From: Leucoraja ocellata
Lineage: Eukaryota
Direction: 5' to 3'
DNA length: 64,000 nucleotides
Assembly (NCBI GenBank): GCA_036785375.1
Contig: JAWMAR010001442.1
Coordinates: 1-64,000 of the forward strand
The notes under the pieces were generated by a model that saw only the letters and a list, made by a program, of their open reading frames with translations, searched no databases and was not told the origin of the DNA. Made by a program: the position numbers and the translations under genes. Positions 35,804 through 47,694 of the stretch are shown here, one piece after another; position 1 is the first letter of the stretch; each line of letters opens with the position of its first letter.

Positions 35804-36064
35804 GGGAAGTGAGCTGTGAGTGAGAGACAGAGAGAGAGGTAGCCGCGGTTTCCCCACCCACTGAAACCAGAGGCGCGGCTTCCTGTCCCTGCCCCCAGCA
35901 CCCAGTTCAATTCCCCAAAAGGTGTTTGTCTCCACAACAGGTGGAGGGGCAATGATGAGATCCGGATTAAAGATTGATCCCACTCTGCTCCATCCACTCA
36001 TTACAATGATGAACACTTTGTGGAGCAAGAGGTCACTCAGATCCCCAGTGAGGGGCTGAGTTAA

Positions 36065-36300
36065 AAGTCGGTGTACAGATATCCCCCTGAGAGAGTGGGA
36101 CATCTGTCAATGTAGATATCCCCTGCCTTGGGAGAGAGGGGCTAAATTTCACCGGTCAGTGAACAGATATCGTGGTGAGAGAGAGGGACTGAGAGAGACC
36201 GGTCAGTGTACAGATATCGTGGTGAGAGAGAGGGACTGAGAGAGACCAGTTAGTGCAGATATCCACATCAATGAGAGGGACTGAGAGACACCAGTCAGTT
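36065..36300. repeat. Short tandem repeat (cagtgtacagatatc...gagagagggactgagagagacc) upstream of VH
   Basis: Several ~40-bp copies. The same motif recurs at 37640-37990 and 38200-38270, next to (GA)n tracts. Confidence 0.65.
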
Positions 36301-36519
36301 TGAGTTGAGTTTATTGTCACATGTACCGAGGTACAGTGAAAAGCTTTAGTTGCATGTTAACCAGACAACAGACGGACAATACATGATTACAATTGAGCAC
36401 AGTGAGCAAAAACATGATGAAGGGAATAACATGAATAAAGTTCAGTGCAAGATAAAACCAGTAAATTCTGATCAACGATAGTGCGAGGATCTCCAATGAG
36501 GTAGATAGAGCACAGAAGT

Positions 36520-37413
36520 CAAGCTACAACAGCCAGTCGTGATGCTATGAATGAAGTCCATCTACGCCTATATCAGCGACAATCTACAACAATGTATGAC
36601 CATACCGGCGACATGCAACGACCATACTAACGACATGCTACGATCATACCGGCGACATGCTATGACCATACTAACGACATGCTATGACCATACCGGTGAC
36701 ATGCTACGACAGCTGGCAACCATCGGCAACAGTTGACGTGACTAGCTACACCAGGCTACGATAGTGGCTCCTTCATGAGTCTCCTTTTTCTCCAGGAGAC
36801 GGCCCACCCAGTGTCTTTGGCTCCTGAAACAGCTCAGGGGGAAGCCTGGTGAAGTGTCTGAAGGCAGCCTCATCTTCTTGCTGGAGCTCAGTCATCAGGT
36901 TGTCATACTGGCCCTGGGTCTCGACAGGGACAAGGGCATCAACCACACACACACCTCTACTTGGACTTCCTCTTACCCATTCTTCTTGTCCTTCTGTCTT
37001 GCTGATCTTTAAGCATGAGGGCTGCTGCAAGCAGCAGGGCTTCTTCATGTGAGAGCAATGTCCTCAGATGTTGGAAACAATACATCCCCTTTTGTAACTG
37101 GGTGATTCCATTGTTTTGGAGGCCAAAATGACATGAATTGTCTTCAGTTGTCTCCGACAGTCGTAACTTGTCGTGGACGTAGGTTGACTTCGGTTGTCGC
37201 CTGTGTGGTCGTAGATTGTCGTAGGTGGACGTCCCAAGTCACGACGATTGGGTCGCCGGTTGTCGGTAGCTTGCGTTAGCTTGACTTCGACTCGGTGGTA
37301 TGTTGTTGGAGTTTGTCGTAGACATTGTTGTGGGGGGGTCAAGTCGCCGGTTTTTCGGCTGCATTCTACGACTATGACAGTTGCAGGCAGTCGCCTAAGT
37401 GGGACATGCCCTT
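36520..37413 (-). mobile_element. Harbinger transposon remnant with transposase N-terminal fragment
   Basis: GQYDNLMTELQQEDEAAFRHFTRLPPELFQE resembles the Harbinger transposase N-terminus. End aagtgggacatgccct-taa. Confidence 0.7.
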
Positions 37414-37801
37414 AAATGGCTTAAATGTAATCATGCATTGTCCTTCTGCTGACAGATTAACACACAACAAAGGCTTTTCACAATGCCTCTGTACAATGAG
37501 AATAAACTAAACTGAACTGAACTGAAGTCAATGATGCAGTTGCAAAGGTGAGTACTGACTCCAAGTCCCTCGAGTTTGGTGATGAGCTTGGCTGGTATAA
37601 TGGTCTTAAATGAGCTTGGCTGGTATAATGGTATCAGACTGTAGATATCCCATTAATGAGTGTACAGATATACCCCTGACAGTGGGACAATGTCCCAAGA
37701 GAGAGGTAATGAGGGAGACCGATCCGTTTACAGAAGGTAGAGGGAGCGAGGGAGAGAGGGGGAGAGGGTGAGAGAGGGGGGTGAGGTGGAGAGGGCGAGA
37801 G

Positions 37802-37839
<38 letters not shown>

Positions 37840-38265
37840 CGAGAGAGAGAGAAACGAAGGGGGAGAGGGAGAGAGAGAGAGAGCGCTAGCTGTCAGTGTA
37901 CAAACATGCCAAGAGAGAGGCATTGAGAGACACTGGTCAGCGTACAGATATCCCCATGAGAGAGAGGGATTGGGAGACACCAGTCAGTGTAGAACAGAAA
38001 CATAGATAAATAGGTGCAGGAGTAGGCCATTTGGCCCTTCTGATCATGGCTGATCATCTAAAATCAGTACCATGTTCCTGCTTTTCCCCCATTATCCTTG
38101 ATTCATTTAGCACTAAGAGCTAAATATCTCTCATGAAAACATCCAGTGAATTGGCCTCCACTGTTGTCTGTAGCAGAGAATTCCACAGATTCACAACTCA
38201 GTGTACAGATATCAAGCTGAAAGAGAGGAAGTAAGGTTCACCGGTCAGTATACAGATAACCCTCT

Positions 38266-38297
<32 letters not shown>

Positions 38298-40204
38298 GAG
38301 AGAGATAGAGAGAGAGAGACAGAAAGCTGCAGAGAAACTGTAAGCAGTGTAAAGTTAGCCCCCTGAGAGAGATTGACAGGGAGAACCCATGCAGTGAGAG
38401 AAAGGGACTGAATTGATAAAACTTATTTGCACAATCTTCTGCCTCCACTAACATTGGAAGAATCAATGTGAACCAGACTATCTTGTGTGGAAGGAGGATT
38501 ATACATTGGTGAGGAATTTTCTCTCCCAGAGATTAAAACTGAGTTTCACTCCTGGACAGGTGTCCCCTCACTGCTTAGAAAACCCTTTGATCTGTGTCAG
38601 CTATGGGTCTTTTGATCCATGTTTTCAAGAACAGGAAGTGCAACACTAAGAGAAGCAGTCGCACTGAGAAACAGGAGGCTGCCCAGTCAAGGGAGCAGCC
38701 AAGTGCTCAATGGCAGGAAATCCCAGGGAGAGACATTCTGTGGAGCATCTGTTGCTACTTCAGAATGGTCTCACAACAGTTCTAAATCATGCAGCTCCAA
38801 CAGACATAGAGCAACAAACACAGCTCAATCCAACTCCCATGGCAGCTAAACAGATGTCCTGTTACCCTTTCAACCTCACTTTTACCATTGCCATTTGTCC
38901 TTTTACAGGAACTTGGGACAGTTAATGGAGATGTCTTGAGGACAGTGTGTATTATGGACATGGAGGTGGTCGATGTCCTCAGGCGTATGACAGTAGATAT
39001 GAAGATTGTACAAAACATTGATGTTTGGAATGCATTACATGGGGACGTTGTGGAAGCAGATACGACAGCAATGATTAAAAGGCATTTAGAGATAGATTAG
39101 ACATTCAGTATTTTCTTTCTCTCGGGGTATGAATGTTTTGGTTCCACTTGTATTCCAAAGTATGTTTCGCATCACATCAGTGGTAGGAATGTAATTGGAG
39201 AGGATTCTTTGGGATAGGATTTACTACCATTTGGAAGCCAATGGGCTAGTAAGGGACCATCAGCATGGCTTTGTACGCCACAGATCATGTCTTACTAACT
39301 TGAATGATTTTTTTGAGGAGGTGACAAAGGTGATCCATGAAGGTAGGGCAGTGGATGTTGTCCATATGGACCATAGTAAGGCATTTGAGAAAGTTCTCCA
39401 TGGTTTGTTGTCCAAGAAGGTCAAAATGCACGGCCTTCAGAGTGATTTTGTCATCTGGGTCAATACCTGTTTACTGATAGAAGACAGAGGGTTGTGGTGA
39501 AGGTCGTTATTCAGAGTGGAAGTCTGTGACCAGCTGAGCTCTGCAGGGATCTGCGGACAGTGAGCAAGGATGTTAAAGTATAGATCTGCGAGGAGGATGC
39601 TATGAGGCTGCAGGATGACTTGGATTGGTTGGGTGAGTGGGCAGATGCACTCTAAAGTATAGTCGATATATATCAGCTCAGAAATGGGCAAAGAAATGGA
39701 AAATTAGGTTTAATCCGACTAAATGCTGTTGTTTTTCTAAAAATGACCGATATTCTCCACACTTGCATGAAGCACATCTCTGTCTTCAGACTCAGTCCTA
39801 TTGGTCAGTTATCTTTTCAGTAACGTAAGAATTGTTTATAGGTGTTGGTCTTTAAGTCAGGGACATATTTCCATATGTCAAGCAGCCTGCTTGTTCTTTT
39901 TAGCAAGTCTGTTCCCTGTGGGATTCCCCCTGTTCAGATTAAGACAAGCTGCCATCTCCAACAGGAAATCTGAGGTGAAGGAAATAGTGCCCACATCACT
40001 GTCCAGTTTCACACACCCATCAACAGTCAAAATATGAAACATGTTTCTGGTAAATCAACAGCTGCATGCAGAGATTGTGTTCAAATTTGTCCCATGCATA
40101 GAGGATCATTAAAAAGGTTCTTCACCCCTACAGCCCATCCCCACTCTCTGCTGATCTGTGTTTGAACTCCATTTATCCACCTTGGATAAATGGAGTCCTT
40201 TAAT

Positions 40205-43200
40205 CACCAAAGAAGGTGGCTCAACTGTGGCTAACAAGGAAAATGAGGGATAGTATTAAATCCAAGGAAGAGGCATATAAATTGGCTGGAGGAAGCAGCA
40301 AACCACAGGATTGGGGGAAATTTAGAATTCAGCAGAGGAGGACAAAAGGGATTAAATAAGAGGGGAAAAATAGTATGAAAGAAAGCTTGCGGGGAATATC
40401 AAAACTGACCGTTAAAACATTTTTTGATACTGTACTGTATGTGAAGAGGAAAAGATTAGTGAAGACAAATGGAGGTACCTCAAAGTCAGAAACAGATGAA
40501 TTTATAATGGGAAACAAGGAAATGGTAGACCAGTTAAACAAGTACTTTGGTTCTGTCTTCACTAAGGAAGACACAAACAATATCCCAGAAATACTAGGGG
40601 ACTGAGGATCTGGCGTGATGGAGGAACTGAAGGAAATTGATATTAGTCATGAAATGGTGTTGGGTAAACAGTTGGGACTGAAGGCCGATAAATCCACAGG
40701 GCCTGATGGTCTGCATCCCAGAGTACTCAAGGAGGTGGGCATAGAAATTGTGAATGCATTCGTGATCATTTTCCAATGTTCTATAGGCTCTGGATCAGTT
40801 CCTGAGGACTGGAGGGTAGCTAATGTAACCCCACTTTTGAACAAAGGAGGGAGAGAGAAAACAGGGAATTATAGACCAGTTAGCCTTCCATTGATAGTGG
40901 GGAAGATGCTTGAGTCGATTATTAAATATGTAATAGCAGCGCATTTTTAAAGCAGTGACAGGATCGGTCAGTCAGCATGGATTTATGAAGGGGAAATCAT
41001 GCTTGACTAATCTTCTGGAAATTTTTGAGGATTTAACAACTAGAATGGATACGGGAGAGCCAATGGATGTTGTGTATCTGGACATTCAAAAAGCCTTTGA
41101 CAAGGCCCACACAAGAGATTTGAGTGCATAATGAGAGCACACAGTATTGGGGGTAGGGTACTGACATGGATAGAAAACTGGTTGGCAGACAGGAAGCAAA
41201 GAGTAGGAATTAACATGGCCTTTTCAGAATGGCAGGCAATGACAAGTGGGGTGTCGCAAGGCTTGGTGCTGGGACCCCAATTATTTACAATATAGATTAA
41301 CAATTTAGACAAGGGAATCAAATGTAACATCTCCACGTTTGCAGATGATACAAAGCTGGGTGGCAGTGTGAGCTGAGGAGGATTCTAAGAGGCTGCAGGA
41401 TGACTTGGATAGGTTGGGTCAGTGGGCAGTTGCATTGCAGATGCAGTATAATGTGGATACATGTGAGGTTATCTACTTTGGTGGTAAGAACAGGAAGGTG
41501 GATTATTATCTGAATGGTGTCAGATGAGGAAAAGAGGAAGTGCAGCGAGACCTGGGTTTCCCTGTACATCAATCACTGACAGTAAGCATGCAGGAACAGC
41601 AGGCAGTGAAGAAAGCTAAAGGCATTTAAGCCTTCCTACCGAGTTGATTTGAGTAAATGAGCAAGGAGGTCCTACTGCAGCTGTGCAGGGCCCTGGTGAG
41701 ACCGCACCTGGAGTATTATTGTGTGCAGTTTTGGTCTTCTAATTTGTAGAAGGACATTCTTGCTATTGAGGGAGTGCAGAGTAGGTTCACCAGGTTAATT
41801 CCCAGGATTGCGCGACTGACATATGATGAAAGAATGTGTCGACTGGGCTTGTATTCACTGGAATTTGGAAAGATGAGAGGGGATCTTATAGAAACATATA
41901 AAATTCTTTAGGGATTGGACAGGCTAGATGCAGGAAAAATGCTCCCGATGTTGGGGGAGTCCAGAACCAGAGTTTCAGAAAAAGGGGTAGGCCATTTAGG
42001 ACTGAGATGAGGAAAAACTTTTTCACCCATCAAGTTGTGAATCTGTAAAATTCTCTGCCACAGAAGGCAATGGAGCCCAAATCGCTAGATGTTTTCAAGA
42101 GAGTTAGATACAGGTGCACAACCTTTGATCCGAAAGCCTTGGGACCAGACACTTGTCGGATTGCGGACATTTTCGGATTTCCGAATGGAAGATTTTTACC
42201 GTAGATTAGGTAGGTAGCGCGGGCGGCTTGAAAAGTCTGGAGCGACTGCCTCCTCCCCGGACACCGGGGAATCATTGTAAATCATTGCATAAATGTTAGT
42301 CAGTTAGTTTGGAGGGATTTTATGTGGTGGTGGTGGTGGTGGTGGTGGTGGTGGTGGTGGGGTGGGTGGGTGAAGGGGGAAACTTTAATTCTTAGTCCCC
42401 TACCTGGTCGGCGACTCGCAACATCGCGGAGCTGGGGGCTCTGTCCGGCCGCGGGCAGCGCCGGTTGTAGCTCCGACCCCGGCAACTCTACCCCTGGCTG
42501 CGAGGCGCTCCAAATCCAGCGTCGCCCGCGGTCGGACGCCCGCAGCCCCAGCTCCGTGAATGTTGGGAGAAGGCGGCCTCAGCGCCCTGGAGCTTACCGC
42601 ACAGCATCCCGGTAAGGCATTGCCCGCTTCCCGCTGGTATCCCAGCGCTGCGACGCCGCCGACTCCCAACATTTGCGGAGCTGGGGTGGGGGGCGTCCGG
42701 CCGTGGACGGCGCTGGATTTGGAGCGCCTCGCAGCCAGGGGTAGAGTTGCCGGGGTCGGAGCTACAACCGGCGCCGCCCGCAGCCCCACCGGCCACAACG
42801 CTGCGGAGCTTACTGCACGGCGACCCGGTAAGGCATTGACCGCTCCCCGTCTCTCCGACCAGGTAGGGGACTAAGAATTAAAGTTTACCCTTTCAACCCC
42901 CCCTTCACATAAAAGCCCTCCAAACTAACTGACTAACATTTAAGCAATGATTTACAGATGTTTAAGTGTCTCCCCAGTCTCCAGGGAGGAGGCAGCCGCT
43001 ACAGTAGTACAGACCTGGGTTGACCGTGGGTCGTTTCGGGTCAAGTTTGGCGCCAAACGCGAGCTTTGGTGTGCAGGCGACATCCTGGAAAAAATGGCCG
43101 GTTTTCGGACTTTTTCGGTTTCCGGAACACCGGATAAAAGGTTGTGCACCTGTATAGCTCTTTGGGCTAACGGAATCAAGGGCTATGGGGAAAAACAGGA

Positions 43201-43310
43201 ACAGGTTACTGATTTTGGATGATCAGCCATGATCATATTGAATGGCAGTGCTGGCACAAAGGGCTGAATGGCCTACTCCTGCACCTGTTTTCTATGTTTC
43301 TATGTTTCTA
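40205..43310 (+). mobile_element. Long CR1-type LINE remnant interrupted by a DNA transposon
   Basis: KSTGPDGLHPRVLKE, NYRPVSL, FADD-type peptides through to the 3' UTR tail (tttcta)n. Confidence 0.88.
42111..43152. mobile_element. Tc1/mariner (Tigger-like) MITE with long internal inverted repeats
   Basis: TA|caggtgcacaacc ... ggttgtgcacctg|TA. Internal arms at about 42290-42540 and 42700-42945 are reverse complements. Confidence 0.85.
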
Positions 43311-44183
43311 ACATCCTGTCCATGTGGAAACTTTCAACTGAACCCAGTCTTGACAGCTTCCAGGGGCAGTTCTGGGTTACCAATATCCTGGATGCCATGT
43401 TTATGTTTTTGTCCTTGTTTGGATCCACGGCAGAGGAAGCAGATTCTTCGTCTGCTCCAGTGCATCCAGTGATTATTTTAATCTCCCCAATTACACCTTC
43501 AATTCTCCTCACCTCAGGGAGCATAGAACCAGACCTGATATTCCAGCCACTTCTCTCCCACTGTCACTGTCCCTGGAGGGGATGCACCCACTGCACCACC
43601 ACCAAGGACACACATCCGTCTTCACTAAGGAGGACACAAACAATCTTCCTGATGTACTAGTGGCCAGAGGATCTGGGGTGACGGAGGAACAGAAGGAAAT
43701 CCACATTAGGCTGTAAATGGTGTTGGGTAGACTGCTAGGACTGAAGGTTGATAAATCCCCAGGGCCTGATGGTCTGCATCCCAGGGCACTTAAGGACGTG
43801 GCTCTAGAAATCATGGACGCATTGGTGTTCATTTTCCAATGTTCTATAGATTCAGGATCAGTTCCTGTGGATTGGAGGGTAGCTAATGTTATTCCACTTT
43901 TTAAGAAATGCGGGAGAGAGAAAAAAGGAGTTTAGTTTCTCCCGTGCAGATGAGGTGAGAAACGACGGTGGTCCCAGCACCAACCCCCCTCCCTTTTCCC
44001 CCCCAAGGCACGGTACACTTCTCCCACCCTCACCACCGGCGGCTCTATGTCCGTCGGCCGTTCTGTCCACACCCCATGGAGTTTTAACCCCGGCCCGTAG
44101 CCAGGAACTGACCGGGTGAGTGGGGGCGTCGGTGCCTCATCCGGGGATGAATCTCGGGCTAAGGGTCCGTTTTGATGCCCGAC

Positions 44184-44378
44184 ACCCGGGTCACTGACCC
44201 TCACCTCCCCCGGACCCCCGGGTCACTGACTCTCACCTCCCCCGGACCCCCGGGTCACTGACCCTCACCTCCCCCGGACCCCCGGGTCACTGACCCTCAC
44301 CTCCCCCAGACCCCCGGGTCACTGACCCTCACCTCCCCTGGACCCTCGTGTCACTGACCCTCACCTCCCCCGGACCCC
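44184..44378. repeat. ~30-bp GC-rich minisatellite (cccgggtcactgaccctcacctcccccgga), about 6 copies
   Basis: Tandem array visible directly in the sequence. Confidence 0.9.
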
Positions 44379-46337
44379 AGCTGGACAAGGAGCACCTGGG
44401 CCAGCCCGCATTCCCGGGAGGGAAATGCTCCTCGGGCATCGCCAAGTCTCCGCTCACTCCGGATGTTTTCACCGCTTCACTGACTCACACACACACACAC
44501 ACACACACACTGGCACACACAAGGTTTAAAGGGATGTAGGCCAAAAGCGGATAAATGGGACTAGTTTAGATGGGGCATCTTGATCTGCATGAACAAGTTG
44601 GGATGAAGGGCTTGTTTCCATGCTGTAAGACTATGACACATTGTAGAAAGGGTGTAATTGCTCTGGAGAATATCCAGGGGTGATTTATGAAGATGTTGGC
44701 AGGGCTGGAATTTTTTGTTTCATTTTGGAGAAAGATTTGATAACTGGGATTGTATTCTCTGCAGTAACGGAGATGAAGGAAAAACTTAGTTGAGGTGAAA
44801 GATATTATGAGAATCGGAACTATTTTGCTTAACAAACAGTGTAGGAAGGAACTGCAGATGCTGGTTTAAACTGAAGATAGACACTAAAAACTAGTAAAAC
44901 TCAGCAGGACAGGCAGCATCTCTGGAGCGAAAGAATGGGTGATGTTTTGGGTCGAGATCTTCAGACTGAAGAGGTTGAAACGCAATGATTTGAGATGTGT
45001 GTTATCCAGCTAAGGGCAGAAATCAGAATCACATGTTCATCTTTATTGACGTGGCACCATAAAAAATATATTACAGAAAAAATAATTTAATGGTGTGGCA
45101 CGGTGGCGCAGCAGTAGAGTTGCTGCCTTACTATTACATGGGTTTTCTCTGGATATTCCAGTTTCTCCCATATCTGAAAGAAGTGCTGGTTTGTAGGTTA
45201 ATTGGCTTCTGTAAATTGTCCCTGGCGTGATGGACGTAACTGGTATATGATAGATTGCTGGTCAGTGTGGCCTTGGTGGGCTGAAGTGCCTGTTTCCATT
45301 TATATTTTTTACATATATATCTTAATTTCATTGAACCATATGTGATTGAATATGCGGCATTATTTTAAACTTGTTTCTAAATTCAAAAGGTAAGGATGAT
45401 TGATTTGTTTGTACAGACAGTGGTGGAAGTCCGACTCTTGCCTTAGTTCTCTGTGTTTTTCTCTATATATATATACGCATAACAGCATGAATATAATCTG
45501 ATTTCCATACATTAATATAATCATTCATGTGCTGCACCATGTGCTGTTGATCAGAGCCTGGCTCTATTGTCGAATGTAATCAGGAATGCAATTCAGCCTA
45601 ACCTTATTCATACCTAATCCAATTTAAAGCATAAATGTTGCATTCAAGTGTAAGTTAAAAGACTCACTACAGTATGCACCAGATTGCACAATTTAAAGCT
45701 GAAAAATGCGAAAGCTCCCTACCGTGGGAGAGGGGGGGGGGGGGGGGGGGGCAATTTCTCACTCTCAACTCTCACCCAATGTTGGCAGCCCTAATAAATG
45801 TGAGGTTATCCACCTTGGTGGCAAAAACAGAAAGGCAGAGTATTATTTGAATGGTGTCAAGTTGGGAAAAGGGAAAGTACAATGGGATCTGGGGGTCCTT
45901 GTACATCAGTCAATGAAAGTAAGCATTCAGGTACAGCAGGCAGTGAAGAAAGCGAATGGCATGTTGACCTTCATAACCAGAGGAGTTGAGTATTGGAGCA
46001 AAGAGGTCCTTCTACAGTTGTACAGGGCCCGAGTGAGACCACACCTGGGGTATTTTGTGCAGTTTTGGTCCCCTAAATTGAGGAAGGACATTCTTGTTAT
46101 TAAGCCAGTGCAGCGTAGGTTCACAAGGTTAATTCCCAGGATGGTGGGACTGTCATATACTGAGAGAATGGAGCGGCTTGGCTTGTATAATCTGGAATTT
46201 AGAAGGATGAGAAAGGATCTTATTGAAACATACAAGATTATTAAGGGTTTGGACACGCTAGAGGCAGGATATATGTACCTGATGTTGGAGGAGTCCAGAA
46301 CCAGGGGCCACAGTTTAAGAATAAGGGGTAAGGGATT

Positions 46338-47694
46338 TAGAATGGGATGAGGTAACATTTTTAACCCAGAGAGTTTGAGTCTGGGGAATTCTCTGCCTCA
46401 GAGAGCGATGGAGGCCGGTTCTCTGGATACTTTCAAGAGAGAGCTAGATAGGGCTCTTAAAGATAATGGAGTCAGGGGATATGGGGAGAAGTCAGGAACG
46501 GGGTACTGATTGTGGACGATCAGCCATGATCACAGCGAATGGCGGTGCTGGCTCAAAGGGCCGAATGGCCTACTCCTGCACCTATTGTCTATTCTTCCTG
46601 AGCGGTGCTGCCCGGAATCACACCCAGAGCTCCAGATGTGGTCTAATTCTATTAAACAGCTGTTTAAACCCCACCCCCTTTGTATCCCAGTGATTCCCAT
46701 CAACTGAGGCACGTTAAGAGCGTTACTTTAAATTCAAGCTCAGGATTAAACCAAATCTACCAGTGGTCTCTCAACACAAAGCAAACCTTCCTGCTTTGTT
46801 CTTGTGCCCAATGCAATTGGTCATTTCCTTATGGAATCACAGACAGCTGGCATGCATATTTCCGAAGATCTTTCCTGGTCCCAGCACACTGATGCAATCA
46901 TAACGAAGGCACATCAGCTGAGAAGATTACGGAGAGTCGGTTTGTCAAGGAGGACTCTCTCAAACTTCCACAGGTACACAGTAGAGAGCATACTGACTGG
47001 TCATAGAACGGGATGAGGGAACACTTTTTCACCCAGAAAGTTGTGAGTCAGTGGAATTCTCTGCCTCAGATGGTGGTGGAGGCCGGATGTCTGGATACTT
47101 TCAAGAGAGAGCTAGATAGGGCTCTTAAAGATAATGGAGTCAGGGAATATGGAGAGAAGGCAGGAACGGGGTACTGATTGTGGATGATCAGCCATGATCA
47201 CAGCGAATGGCGTTGCTGACTCGAAGGGCCGAATGGCCTACTCCTGCACCGATTGTCTATTGTCTATCCTTCCAGATCGGTGCTGCCCGGAATCACACCC
47301 AGAGCACCAGATGTGGTCTAACCAGAGCTCTATTAAACAGCAGCATAAAGCCCACCCCCTTTGTATCCCAGCGTTTCCCATCAACTGAGGCACGTTAAGA
47401 GCATTGGTTTAAATTCAAGCTCAGGATTAATCCAAACCTAGCAATGATCTCTCAACACAAAGCAAACCTTCCTGCTTTGCTCTTGTGCCCAATGCAATTG
47501 GTCATTTCCTTATGGAATCACAGTCAGCTGGCTTGCATATTTCCGAAGGTCTTTCCTGGTCCCAGCACACTGATGCAATCATAATGAAGGCACATCAGCG
47601 CCTCTACTTCCTGTGAAGATTACGGAGAGTCGGTATGTCAAGGAGGACTCTCTCGCACTTCTACAGGTGCACAGTAGAGAGCATACTGACTGGT
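46338..47694. repeat. Tandem duplication of about 670 bp (46338-47001 vs 47004-47694)
   Basis: Same CR1 3' end, unique spacer and Rex fragment in the same order in both copies. Confidence 0.85.
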
